DNA of 63,364 bases, counting the filler, from Circinaria calcarea (taxonomy: Eukaryota), in assembly GCA_051942165.1 (NCBI GenBank). It is 55 parts of 55 records of this genome, joined end to end, with 100 filler letters (N's around TTAATTAATTAA, not from the genome) between each part and the next. Parts side by side here need not be neighbours in the genome. Positions count along the whole stretch, not along the records: positions 49,760 to 50,804 come from JAVECS010005425.1; positions 50,905 to 51,949 come from JAVECS010005426.1; positions 52,050 to 53,093 come from JAVECS010005427.1; positions 53,194 to 54,237 come from JAVECS010005428.1; positions 54,338 to 55,380 come from JAVECS010005429.1; positions 55,481 to 56,523 come from JAVECS010005430.1; positions 56,624 to 57,666 come from JAVECS010005431.1; positions 57,767 to 58,808 come from JAVECS010005432.1; 47 more parts are not named here. One strand, 5' to 3'. The position numbers and the translations under genes were made by a program. Shown here in pieces: positions 50,140-63,037 of this stretch (positions are counted from its first letter, which is position 1; every line of letters starts with the position of its first letter). The notes under the pieces are model-generated. The model worked only from the letters and a program-made list of their open reading frames with translations, was not told the origin of the DNA and ran no database searches.

Positions 50140-52514
50140 GAAGTAAGCACTTGGACAGTGCACGGTTTGAGCCGGGAAGTGTTCCTTCCTGCCAATCTGT
50201 CGACGAGGGCAACTAAGAGGACGTTACAATAAGCTTAAAACTTTGATAGATCTGAGTAAATAAACTTTGAACCATCATAATGCTTTTGGGGGGGGGGGCG
50301 ACTTCCTGATCAAGAAGCCATATCTGAGCCCTATGTATACTTTCTCTGAATCTGACGCGGACAGACTCCTTCATGCAACATCGATCACAGATTATCGGAT
50401 CACGCAAGAGTTATGTTCCCAGCCTGAAGGCCGCCTCCGTATAGAACGTGCTACCATTCATTTGATAGCAATCGAGTTTTATATACACTATCGTTACGTT
50501 CCTGGCAGTTCAGCCCCCTCTCCGCACCACACGGTCCCAGCTGACCTCGACAGACAGACAGACAGACAGCACACAGAGCAGTATGTTCGGCCCCAGGCGG
50601 TGGCCCCCTATATGCTAACTGCAACTTAGTAAGAGCGAGATGGCGGAGACCAAGTCGGCGTTGGAGTTGGGTGGGTGGATGGATGTCGGGGCTGGGGCTC
50701 CCTCGTTCGGAGGGAGCCTGGCGGGATTTGGCGGGGAAACCTTTTGGGGGGCAGAGGTACCCCCTACCTCAGGGGGCTGATACCCTCGGGCGAAATACTG
50801 GAAGNNNNNNNNNNNNNNNNNNNNNNNNNNNNNNNNNNNNNNNNNNNNTTAATTAATTAANNNNNNNNNNNNNNNNNNNNNNNNNNNNNNNNNNNNNNNN
50901 NNNNCCCCCAACTCCGGCCGGTGGGGGGTGGAGGGGCCAGGGACTACATGACAAGAAGCTTGCGGAAACTCTTTTCCCCTACTCCTCATTCCTTCCCCAG
51001 TTCTTCGATACCCTCGACACCTCAAGATTCCTTCACCCCTTCCCTCTCCTCTCCTCCCCTGACATGGCTAGCAAATTCCCCCCTCCTAGTCTCGACTCTC
51101 GACTCTCGACTCTCGAGTTATGAGTACTTTACTTTTGCTGAAATCGAATGAAAAGTTAGAGACAAGAGGAGAGGAGAGGAGAGGAAGGAACTGGGGAGGA
51201 AAAAGGAAAGTCCGAGGGCGGGGGGGGGATGAGACTTTACGAGTTTTCAGAGAACCCCGTCCGTCATGATAAATTCCACAAAAAAAAAAGAAAAAAGAAA
51301 ACCATCCATAATCACGCCGCACCGATGAACCAGTGACCGGGATTGTTGGAATCTAGTGAAAAAGCTGTTTGTGGGGGTTTTTCCATGCAGAGAGGCTTCT
51401 GTTGCACATGCGCGGCAATTCAGTGGATACTAGAGCATTCTCGGCAAGGGTTGAATTTAAAGCCCGTGATTTGACATGTTTTTGCTGCTCCGCATCCAAG
51501 TTGGGGCAAGCGGCAAGGGTCATGGCTATCATAAAATACTACTACAAATCTAGAGTAATTTCGATAGTTTTCAATCCCATTCAAATCCCCCTTCCAAATG
51601 CTTAGGCGCAACATGACCGTAGGCATTTCATCAACCGGTCCGGAGATCTCTTTGTTAAATTGGAACGGGGGAAAAAAAAAACTACCCCCCGCGCTACCCG
51701 ATTCATTCAATCGAATCCTTTAAATCGCCAATGAAAACAGAGAGATGTAGAGAAAAGAGGAGAATTGCTCCGAACACCTAACAATAAATGCCGCCCAGGG
51801 AATGAAGAAATCCCCACCATACGCCGTCGAAAAGATTGGGCCCCCAAACCGCCAAATGCGAAAATTTAACGTCCTGTTTAGAAGAGAAGAAGACCAAAGG
51901 CCGATGAGGAAACCAGACCAAAACGTGGATATCTTTCCTCGTGCAAAAANNNNNNNNNNNNNNNNNNNNNNNNNNNNNNNNNNNNNNNNNNNNTTAATTA
52001 ATTAANNNNNNNNNNNNNNNNNNNNNNNNNNNNNNNNNNNNNNNNNNNNTATTTTAATTCGGCGTCGCTGATTTTCTTATTGAGAAAAAAAATAAATTTA
52101 ATATTTTAAAATATTAATAACTTTTTAATATCCGGTTTTTTAAAATAATATATTATATCGCCGAATTTAAAGGCTTTAAAAATATTTAGATTTATATATA
52201 ATTATTTTCCCGGGTTAAAATATATTAAAATAAATAAATTATTAAAAAAAATACCCTGAAATTAAAAAAACGATATTAAAGGGGTTTAAATTTAAATATA
52301 ACCCGGTCCGATCCGAGTAAAATTCTACCGGAGTCGCAGCAGAATATTTAAAATTATTATAAAAAATTTAATTTTTTACGCTTTCTGGCCTAGCTGTTTT
52401 GCCTCCTTGGGCCTAGTTGTTTTACCTCTTTGAGCCTTAGCTCTTACTTTTTTAAGAAGGTCGTAAAATATTCGATTATATACTCTCCGCGCATATATTC
52501 AGAACTTATATGCA

Positions 52515-53093
52515 GCGTGCTATATGCTATATTATATGCTCTTTTTATACTATGCTGTATACTCTTTCCGTGCTATGCTGCATGCTCTTTCCGTGCTATG
52601 CTGCATGCTGTTTCCATGCTATGCTCTATGCTATACTCCATGTTATGCTACATGCTCTTTCCGTGTTATGCTGCATGCTGTTTCCATGCTATGCGCTATG
52701 CTACGCTGCGTGCTTTCGCCATGCTATGCTGCATGCTCTTTCCATGCTATAGTGTATGCTCTTTTTATGCTATGCTGCGTGCTTTCGCTATGCTATGCCG
52801 CGTCTTTTCACTATGTTATGCTCCATGCTATGCTCCATGCTATGCTCCATGCTATATTCTATACTATGCTCTATGCTATGCTCCGTTTCATGCTATATTT
52901 CATGCCTATATTATTTATACCCGTTGTATATAGCCTAAGCCCGGGATACCCCCAGCCTGTTAGGGTTAGGTGGGCCTAAGCGGCCCACCTAACCCTAACG
53001 CACAATAAATACTTTAAATTACACTGTAATTCTATGCTATGCTGTAGCTATGCTATACCGTGTGCTATTGCCATGCTATGCTGTGTGCTATTG
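52515..53093. repeat. Degenerate (ATGCT)n minisatellite in an AT-rich, RIP-like region
   Basis: Dozens of ATGCT-derived units. Confidence 0.9.
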
Positions 53094-53193
53094 NNNNNNN
53101 NNNNNNNNNNNNNNNNNNNNNNNNNNNNNNNNNNNNNTTAATTAATTAANNNNNNNNNNNNNNNNNNNNNNNNNNNNNNNNNNNNNNNNNNNN

Positions 53194-53828
53194 TACGCTA
53201 GAGACGGCGGCAACACTGGCAAAGCCGATCAATACGGTGCCGCTGCCGTGGCGATGGTCTACATCTTCACATTCATCTTCGGCGCTACCTGGCTTACCGT
53301 GCCATAGCTGTATCCTGCCGAGATCTTCCCCTTGGAAGTCCGTGCCAAGGGTAACGCATGGGGTGTTGTTGGATGGTCCATTGGTAACGCGTGGCTGGTG
53401 CGAATTCTGAGATCATATAACCACATGAGACATTTATACTAACAGCTGGCCAGGGTCTCCTCTGCCCCGTTATGTTCGAAGCCATCAACGAAAAGACCCT
53501 CTACATTTTCGCCGCCTGTAACGCCCTAACTCTCCCCATGGTTTGGGCCCTCTATCCGGAATCCAACCAGCGTACCCTCGAGGAAATGAATCTCCTCTTC
53601 GCGTCCGATTCCATCTGGAACTGGGAAGCCGAAAGGAACTTTGCCATCCTCAAGGAACAGAACCCGGACTTGGTGCAAGCCGCACAGCGTGGTCACTCTG
53701 TCGTGGATCCGGAGACGGGACTACCCAAGACCGGGGTCCTGAGGAGAAGTATCGAGGCGAACGGGTTGGAAGTGAGGCATCAGGAGGATCAGTTTAGCAC
53801 CGAGAAGCAGACTTTTAAGACGGGATAG
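53194..53828 (+). pseudogene. MFS sugar transporter (Stl1-like) C-terminus with a premature stop
   Basis: GATWLTVP*LYPAEIFPLEVRAKG (TAG 53305-53307 at a conserved W); YPESNQRTLEEM. Confidence 0.8.
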
Positions 53829-56623
53829 AAGGGAGGGGGGGTTTTCCTTGGGAGTGTCAGTGAGGCGGAGAATGGGCATTAGCACACGGAAGTCGGGCTT
53901 TCGGACGTTCGTTTTGGATATCTTGTGATTATCTGTCGCAATCTGCATATAAAGCCCTTTGGGAGTGGAAAGGCACACAAGCTCGGTTAGGCAATCCAAC
54001 TAAATTACAATATGGGCTTGGCTATGGCAGATACTGTGAAGTCTTTTCACCACAGATCCCAAATTCTACAAAAAGTCCCATTCTTCCTGTTCCTCCAGAT
54101 CATGTCCTTGTTTCTCGACATCGCTCCTTCCATTGCTTTTCACTTCATCTCATTTCATTTCAACCCCGTGATACCAACAAAAGTCCCGCACAAGGCTCTT
54201 TCTTTCTTCCTTCCCTTCCCTTCCCTTCCCTTCCCCGNNNNNNNNNNNNNNNNNNNNNNNNNNNNNNNNNNNNNNNNNNNNTTAATTAATTAANNNNNNN
54301 NNNNNNNNNNNNNNNNNNNNNNNNNNNNNNNNNNNNNCCAAACGTTTCCCAACCTTCCCTTTGGGAGCCCACTTTGACTTGACTCCCTCAGTTATACATG
54401 CCTCCCCCTCATAAACTTCAACAATTCAAATTGACTCATCCGATGTGTTCATTTCGGTGAATTTCGTGGCATTTGGCCCAACCTCCCCCAACCCCGGAAA
54501 CCAAACAGTCATTCCGGCTTCCTTTCACCCTTCCCCACCCCAAACGGGGTTTGCAACTAGGCCGAGAAGAGCAAACAACAACGCCAGCGAAAAAAAAGGG
54601 GGCCCCCGCACGGTTGCGTCAGATGATGACTCCTCTTTTATTCCTCTAGTAATACCCCCCCCCCAAAACCTCCCCCATGGGAAATGGAAAAAGGGAATAT
54701 GAAACGTGAACATGGACGTTTGTTTTTATGAATACCTCTCCCCCCACTCCCCGGGGTACCTCTTTCACCTTCCGGCATCGGGGCGTATTCACTCACTCGC
54801 TAGGGGAACGTCCCGAAACTCCCGGAAACGTGGAGAAAATATATGAGCCATGGTGAACAACACAACATTTCCCCGAATGCGTCACCTTGTTCGGGTTCTG
54901 GTTGTTCACTCTTTTTTTCCCCCGGGGCGTGTGGAGGCGGGGGCACCATATAAGAGAATCAAAAAGAACCTAGGACTTTTGGGGTAGATTACATGGTTGT
55001 TTGGAGGAGAAGGGAAAAAAGAATTCTGGCATACACAAAACCACACTCCTCCATTTTCTTCTCTCTATCTTTTGGGCCCGCCCTGTGCTGGGGAAAATAT
55101 TTCGGCCTGGCTTCAGGGCTTTTCGGGCGTCAAAGGGAAGAAAAAAGAGTAAGGTATCCTGCCCTCATTTAGCCCTCCTTGCTATTACTCTCTTTCTGTC
55201 CCATACCCCCGTAGGAGCGCAACTGGCTGAAAAGATCTTAGAATACCAATCAGCAATCATCCAGTTCGACCCACTACTACTGCTACTCGAACCGACTTAC
55301 AACTTCTCGCTACCTGGTCGATCATTCTTCCTCACCGGCCGAACTCGTCAACACCAACCCCCCCCCCCAAACCGAAACTTNNNNNNNNNNNNNNNNNNNN
55401 NNNNNNNNNNNNNNNNNNNNNNNNTTAATTAATTAANNNNNNNNNNNNNNNNNNNNNNNNNNNNNNNNNNNNNNNNNNNNCCTCTTCGGCTGGTAGTCTG
55501 GGGCTATGCCTCTGGCCTGCTCACCTCTGTGCTTGATCTCATTAGAGGCATGCTAAGCAGATTTTCGTTATGAACGATGAGCGTGCGACCTTGCATTTAG
55601 AAGCGCGGATGCATTTGAGAATACGTTCTCTACCCAGTGTAAGATAGACTAGGGAAATTCTTCTATAGGTAGCCAGTACCCTTTTTTATTTATCGTATGC
55701 GGCTTGCCCTGCATCCGTTAGGTTTGGCATCACACTTGGTATAATCAGCTCTAATGTGAATCCACTGTGAAATTTACATAGTGGCCACAGGGCTGCGTTG
55801 CTGTACCTCGATGATTGTTGGAGACTGTAGCGTCCCTATTGAATAGAGACTTTGGTGGTTGGGGAATCACGCGAAGGCATTTTATGAAATTGGGTACCAT
55901 ATCACTTCTAATAGGTACAGCTGAGCAATAAGAGTATATACCACCTGATGAGTGCGTATGCAGGGAGAAGGCTTTTCCTCCTGACTGATCGTGGCTTTGG
56001 GGGGAGAGACAAAGCTGGCGATGCAGAAGAGATAACGGGGCGACTATGCTGGTGAGTGGGATGGCTTTTGGGGGATAATAATATTATGCAAGATGAAGCA
56101 TATCTGGTTCGTTTTGAAAAGACGGCTCTCGAACTTGACCTACCTAAAGGGATATCTTAGTCTTAGGAATTTTTGGCTAACGCTTCTAGCGGACCATTGC
56201 TTCTTATTGTCCTTTACTCATCTCTCCATTTCGTAGGAGACGAGGTATTTGAAGTAGACATCCTTGACAGGCTCAGATCTATATGTTTGCAAAAAAAATC
56301 TCATAAAGTATCCGATCAATCTAGTATATCGTCTCCACTTACAGAACTATGGACAAGCATATGGACACTGGAGGGAATATTTAGGAATGGCTTTGAACCT
56401 CCCTATATATAGGTCTAGAATTTTCTCCGGGCTACGAATCCCATCTATTCATCAGACGCGCAGGTAGGCTTATGTGATCTCCTAATACGCTGCTTATCGA
56501 TGATTCGTTCAATTACTAGGCTTNNNNNNNNNNNNNNNNNNNNNNNNNNNNNNNNNNNNNNNNNNNNTTAATTAATTAANNNNNNNNNNNNNNNNNNNNN
56601 NNNNNNNNNNNNNNNNNNNNNNN

Positions 56624-57666
56624 TTCGCCTTCCACAGTGACACAGGTTGCCCTCTGGTGTATGCCGGAAAGAGAACTGTTAGATATCGAACTTCCTTTGG
56701 AACATTCGAATTGAAAAACGGCCCTCGGGCATTAACGGAGTCAGCGAGCATCAGTGTTGGCAAAGCAACGTATGAATTTAAATGGACTGAAAAAGGAAAG
56801 ACCATTCAATTTGGAAGTGAGCTCCAGACCTTTATGAGAAATGAAATTGGATTGGTAAACTTTGAGCTTTCCAAAATCCTCAAGCCCTCGGGAACCGAAA
56901 ATGATATCCACATTCGAAACTATACCATTCAACCAATATCCGGGTCGGGAACATTTGGTACGGTAGCTGCAGCAATTGCCCAAGCAACAGGGGATGCTGT
57001 GGCTGTGAAACGACTGAAGACTACGTTCCGAGACAGAGAAATGCAGCTGAATGAGGTGTCTGTGCTACAAAGGATTCAGGAAAATCAAGGGCGACATGTC
57101 AGTAGTAATATAATGAGCAGAGAAGCCTAGCTGAATTTCTCTAGCGTCGAATAATTTACTTACGAGAAACAATTGATAATGGAAGCGAGCGCGCGCTGGA
57201 TGAAGTCTTCATCATATATGAACCCCTCCTTCGGTTTTCATTGGACCAGCTTATTCCAACACCTCTTCCGGACCAACATGCCCGCGGCGAGATTTTCAGA
57301 CAGTGCGTGGACGGGATCGCCTGGATTCATAGCCTAGGGCTTATGCACCGGGACATCAAGCCAGGAAATATAGGCGTCAGAAGCTTCGAGCCAGTTGAAG
57401 CCGTTATATTTGATTTTAGCCACGCCACTTTCGAGCGTAGCTCAAATGACCACTTCAAAGGTACAATCGCTTACCTTGCACCCGAGGTGCTGGCGCTTAA
57501 ATACTCCGGGTCCCGCAGTCGTTACGGTAAAGCAGTTGACGTTTGGGCGATGGGTCTCTCTGGCTATCAACTGATCTATCGAAGGCATTGGGGCGGATTT
57601 GCAAACGATCGTGAACAAAAAGTTTCCCATTTCCGCCGAGAGGCCGAGGCTGTTCGAGGAGAGCTT
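56624..57666 (+). CDS. Ser/Thr protein kinase, partial
   Basis: GSGTFGTV, VAVKRL, HRDIKPGN, DFS, YLAPE, VDVWAMG; one intron near 57097-57144. Confidence 0.92.
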
Positions 57667-57766
57667 NNNNNNNNNNNNNNNNNNNNNNNNNNNNNNNNNN
57701 NNNNNNNNNNTTAATTAATTAANNNNNNNNNNNNNNNNNNNNNNNNNNNNNNNNNNNNNNNNNNNN

Positions 57767-58110
57767 AGAGTGAATCCCGGATCGTATCATAGATCTGTGC
57801 ATTCCTATCTCGCCGGTGTAGAAGCTCCTTCAGATCTGTCTCCAGTTACCCAGGTTCGGCGTTTTGATATCCACATGAGACAGTAATCCTGCGCCAAAAG
57901 GTTGGCGTTTCTGCATACGTGACCAAGAACTTCTCCTGGCTGGATTTGTCTCGAAAATGCATGGTGAGGTTGAGGATCCATTTGCTGTCCGCCTCGGGTC
58001 TCTCCGTCGAATCACGGATGTCATTATCGATTGAGGGAAGATCTCTTGCGATGATCGCCTCAGTCTTATACATCGTGTTGGCTGAGTGATGCCAGGAGCT
58101 TCGACCAGGA
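57767..58110 (-). pseudogene. N-terminal region of a fungal kinase-like family protein with an in-frame stop
   Basis: EKFLVTYAETPTFWRRITVS..PG*LETDLKELLHRRDRNAQIYDTIRDSL; protein-like frame continues past TAA 57846-57848. Confidence 0.55.
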
Positions 58111-58908
58111 GTGTGGGAAAGAGAGCGTACCGGTCGTGGTTGGACTTGGAATGTGCGTAGCAACCAAAAAAAGTGATAGAGCGGAAGGTCAGCAAAAACT
58201 CGGCGATCTTGAGACGCGAATATGATTTGAAAAAGAAAATGGCAGGAAGGCTTGTGGGTGGAGGCCTTCAGAGACATCGTGACGCCCGATCAAAGATGAA
58301 AGGAAGAGGTTGGTATCCATGATGTTTCAGATCGGACATATAGACCCATATGCATTGGATGACATTGCTGGATGAGACTAGTGTCGGCTTCTTCCTTCTG
58401 CATCGAGTCAGTCATAGGTATATGTGCCTGCCAATAGCGTTGGCTGTGAAAAAGGAAGAAAAAGGCCGGTTTTTTAGTCCAAAAAGTCGTTTGGCAGGAT
58501 TTCTCCGCCACAAGTGCAACCCAAAGGACCAGACTGCATGAGAAGCAATCACCAAGATCCTGCGCTGTTAGTCCTTCTAGATAAGAGTAATTGGCATTTC
58601 ATCGGTGGGCCCACATAGGACGGTCTTAGTATGTGCCCCAAGTCAAATGCTTCACAGCGACTCGGTGCCACATTCTTATGATCAGGTTGCAGAGCTCGTT
58701 CTTTGTCATATTTCTTAATGTGGAAGAAAAATTGATCTTTCGACCTTGCGACGGGCCAGGCCTGATTCAAACAGGCTCGAATTGCTGTTCGATATGACGA
58801 TCTTGAATNNNNNNNNNNNNNNNNNNNNNNNNNNNNNNNNNNNNNNNNNNNNTTAATTAATTAANNNNNNNNNNNNNNNNNNNNNNNNNNNNNNNNNNNN
58901 NNNNNNNN

Positions 58909-59703
58909 CTGCTCTTCTTCACTGATGTCGAGGTACGCCATGGAGTGACCGGTAGCCATTGCTCTTCCCCTAAGGTCGATCAAGGAGGGAGACCACGAGC
59001 CAGCGGCCAGGATGACCAGGCCAGCTTCTATCGTGGACAGATCCTCAAGCTGCACGCCTGTGCATCTTGCTAGACTTTTTTGTTCATGATCTGGACTTTC
59101 GAAGAGTAGTCTGCGGACCTTGCAACCACTCCTGATGCTCAGACGGTCTCTACCCTCTTTCTTAACGAGCGCAAGAGTATAGACTATGCAAGCTTGGGCG
59201 TCTGCCCAACCACTTCCCCAATTGGCATATCCACTATCACCACTAACGCCACTATGGCCGCTTGCTTTTCGAATGGCCTCTTTGTTGGGCAGGTGTTCAA
59301 GCTTGCTCAAGTCCAATCCGCCAAGGCCCGCTTGTGCCAATTCCCTCACGTTGTGCAGACTCTTCTTGACATAAGAGTCCACGTCCTTGGCATCTGCTGT
59401 GAGCACGAATCCCGGCTCGTGGTATCGGCCTTGCCCTCCCCACCCATCGTCGCTTGTGTCTCGCCACAGTGGCTGAGCTTCGAGGGCTAGCCGAGCATAT
59501 GTTGCGTGAGCGTAGTCGGCGCGGATGATGCGACTGGAATCTACAGAGGAGCCTGAAGGATTAGGGAGTGTATGGGATGCGTCGAGAATGGTTATCTTGG
59601 AATTGGAGTATGCGGGGCGTCGGAGTAGAGAAAGGGTGGTTGACAGCCCGAAGACTCCTGCGCCTAGTATGAGAATTTGTGATGGGCCAGAAGTGGAAGA
59701 CAT
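58909..59703 (-). CDS. FAD-dependent sarcosine/pipecolate oxidase family protein, 3' partial
   Basis: ILILGAGVFGLST, SSVDSSRIIRADY, SGWADA, VILAAGSWS. Confidence 0.93.
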
Positions 59704-60048
59704 TAGGACAGATCTCTATACCTAGACTACAGTAGTCAAAATAGTATAAATGCCGATTTTCTGGCATCGATAGACACTTTTGTATCTGGGAGATCTTCGT
59801 TCTCCACCGTAGTTTTTGGAGAAAAACTTACTTGTCCCTGCAGCTTGAGCTATCTTAAGCTTTAGAAATATTTGTTCAAGCATCAAAAGTGGATTCTTCA
59901 CCAAGGCACAACTATGGCAGATAGACGAGTATGGCTCGTCTCTAGAGCNNNNNNNNNNNNNNNNNNNNNNNNNNNNNNNNNNNNNNNNNNNNTTAATTAA
60001 TTAANNNNNNNNNNNNNNNNNNNNNNNNNNNNNNNNNNNNNNNNNNNN

Positions 60049-60568
60049 GTGACTCAAAACTCGGAAGCCCTGCGGTCGTTGATTGTGCCCAATTGCGGTG
60101 GCATGGCCTCGGGTACACATCGGATACCGTCCAAACCGGCCCTGGCTTGACCAAATTCTTTTCCTCCGGTAAGTACCTTCCTGCCCAACCCTGTCAAATA
60201 AATGTCTCGTTTGTGGGAACGCCCAATCCAATCTTCCTTTTTCTCCAGATTCCTGCAATCTCGCCATCTCAGCTACGATAGCTATTACACTCACCTGGAC
60301 CCAGATCCAGACGGCTTTGGACACCCTCATGAACGTCTGCGTCGACCATCCTCTCCAACCACCTCGAGGGGGTAGGGCATTCTTCGGGCCTCAGTCATTC
60401 ACCCGGCCCCACCTGTGGGGGAAAAGAGATACCGCCGTTTCCGGTTTGAATGCTCTCCCGCCACACGCAAACTTGACAATCTTCACCCGCCAGGGCGCAC
60501 CGACTGTCGAGTGTGAATTGGCAGCCGCCCAGGCTGGAAAATCCGTCTCCTCCTGTGGCAGAGCGTAA
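60049..60568 (+). CDS. Uncharacterised Cys-patterned protein, C-terminal part (homologue of 22096)
   Basis: Intron 60169-60248; shared GLNALPPH motif. Confidence 0.8.
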
Positions 60569-61187
60569 CCTGTTTGGAATGGTCGTGTAAAGCACACTGA
60601 AAATAGTGCAGAAAGCTCTGGGAAGAAAGAGCGCGTTCCATGCAGAACGTTTCCCCCGCGGGGGTTTCATTGAAACCCCTTTAATTCCATGTTTGCTGCA
60701 CCACATCAAAGTGGGGCAATCTGCAGAAGTCATAGTATCGTTAATTACTACCGTAAACCTATAGTAAATTCGATAGCTTCAACCCCCGTTCAAATTACCC
60801 TCCAAATGTTTTAGGGCAACAACGTGACTGTAGGCATTTTCCTTCATAACCCACGACCGATACTGCAAGGAATAATCTATCCTAATTAACACTAACCCTC
60901 CGAGCCCTTTGGTTCTCTTTTCGGGAGAGGTTCTTCTATCCGAATCAGCTTTGGGTAGCTAACTCCTTTAGTTGTAGCTCGCATCGTACAGTATGTCTGT
61001 CGGACGTAGTCGAACACCCTGAGTAAAAACACTGCAGTGAAAATATCTGCTACGCACCCTGCGATATGCTATGCACTGCTCCTACTCNNNNNNNNNNNNN
61101 NNNNNNNNNNNNNNNNNNNNNNNNNNNNNNNTTAATTAATTAANNNNNNNNNNNNNNNNNNNNNNNNNNNNNNNNNNNNNNNNNNNN

Positions 61188-62176
61188 TCTCGTTTAGCAC
61201 GAAGTTCTTGCTCAAACCTCAAGCCAGAAGAGTAATCGACCTCTCCCGAATCCGCATGTTCTTGATCGTTGTCCCACCGTTGCTGTTTCTCACGATTGGC
61301 ACTTTGTTTCGTTGCCTTGTCAGCCTGACGATCAATAATGCTATCCTCAACTGCAGCATCAGTAACTCCAGCCAATGCTGGCAGAGGCCAAGGGTTGCTG
61401 TTGGTTGGCTCCGAGGAAAAAGGTTTCCTCTCGAGTATTTTTAGGTCTCGATCAAGCTCTTCTGTCCGCCTAGCCTTCTCTTCTGCCGTTAAATCTGCAA
61501 CTCTTTTAAGCCTTCGCTGCTCGTCAACTTCTACTTGGTATTCTGCCTCACGCCGCTCACTCTGCCGTCTCTTATCTTCCTCTTCTCTTTTCTGGCGCCG
61601 TCGATCTCTACGTTCCCTATCTTCTCGGTTTATATTTTCCCTGTCTTCTCGATCCCTACGTTCCTTGTCTTCTCGATCCCTATGTTCCCTAGCTTCTTGG
61701 TCCCTGGCTTCTTGGTCCCTGCTTTCCCTGGCTTCTTGGTCCCTACGTTCCTTGTCTTCTCGATTCTTCCGTTCTCTGTCTTTTCGATCTCTACGTTCCA
61801 GATCTTCTCGATCCTTCCGTTCTCTGTCTTTTCGATCTCTACGTTCCATATCTTCTCGAGCCATATGCTCCATGTCTTCTTGACCCTTCCGTTCCATGTC
61901 TTTTCGATCTCTACGTTCAGTATCTTCTCTTTGCTCCGGAAGATCAAACCGAACACCGGAACTGTCGTCCCGATTAGTCGTGCGCTTACCTTTACTAGAC
62001 ACATTCGATATCGAGGTTGGGGAGAACTCTTGTGGTTTCGATTTTGTATTGTACACAAGCTCATTAGATCTTGCCTCAGGCTGATGGTCCATGATTGGAA
62101 ACCCGCCGGGGATATTCTCTGGCAACTGGTCTCTATACGTAGCAGGGTGGGCATGTAGTACTGACGAGGGGGACAC
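61188..62176 (-). CDS. Hypothetical protein with charged D/E/R/K tandem repeats, partial
   Basis: Long open frame with ERRDRKDRERKDRED-type units. Confidence 0.6.
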
Positions 62177-62327
62177 CTGAGAGAAGACGGGAGGGCCATC
62201 CGGTGCACTATAAGAATGGCCGTACGNNNNNNNNNNNNNNNNNNNNNNNNNNNNNNNNNNNNNNNNNNNNTTAATTAATTAANNNNNNNNNNNNNNNNNN
62301 NNNNNNNNNNNNNNNNNNNNNNNNNNC

Positions 62328-62702
62328 TCCACCCTCTGCCCCATCTGCCTGCATCCCATCCAAAATCCCACCGCCGTGCAAACGGGCTACGTCTTCTGCT
62401 ACACTTGCATTTTTAAATGGGTGGATGGCAGCCATGAGCGGCAGGCGGCGTTTATGGATGGAAGTTCTGGAGGCGAGGAGGAAGGATGGGGGGAGGATGA
62501 GGGCGAAGAGGAAGGGGAAGAAGGAAAAGGAGAGGGGGAAGTAGGGGCGGAACAAGGAAGTGAGAGGGAAAACGAGAGGGGCAAGGGCACGGAGAAAAGA
62601 AGGAGCAGAGTCGGGAGGTGGGAGAGTGGCAAGGGGAGGTGTGCGGTTACGGGACGGCGGGTGCTGGGCGGGACGGAGGGGTTGAGGAGGGTGATGGTTT
62701 GA
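62328..62702 (+). CDS. PEX12: Peroxin Pex12 RING C-terminus
   Basis: [36 protein letters not shown]. Confidence 0.92.
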   Translation, partial: STLCPICLHPIQNPTAVQTGYVFCYTCIFKWVDGSHERQAAFMDGSSGGEEEGWGEDEGEEEGEEGKGEGEVGAEQGSERENERGKGTEKRRSRVGRWESGKGRCAVTGRRVLGGTEGLRRVMV

Positions 62703-63037
62703 TTTGGGATTGGGATTGGGATTGGTAGAGCAAATGGGGGTGTTTGTTCATTGTGACAGTACAGTACAGTACAGTACAGTATAGCGGCATTTTGAGTCAA
62801 CAGGGGCGTCGGGGGGTTATAGCACTTTGTTTCTGTGTTTAATCTTGATTCTGGTATAATGGTCGTACGATAGGTATCTCTACCTCTATACCCCCGAAGA
62901 TGCCAGCCCGTATTCCCAAACAATACTATCCCACATACACCTCACCCCGGGAAAAAAAAAAAGGCCACCCATCACCATGCATGCACCCCTACTCGTCCTG
63001 AAATGCCCAAAATGCCGCATGCAAACACGCATATCCC

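Noticed and set aside
52430..52979. Three overlapping hydrophobic Cys/Met-rich ORFs
   Set aside because: By-product of the ATGCT minisatellite
31963..57848. Alternative genetic code as the cause of in-frame stops
   Set aside because: Three different stop codons are involved, and all three terminate intact genes elsewhere in the window
1070..62326. Regularly spaced TTAATTAATTAA repeat with ~1 kb unique spacers, superficially array-like
   Set aside because: Artificial N-padded contig joiner; ORF tails such as XXXLIN are artefacts
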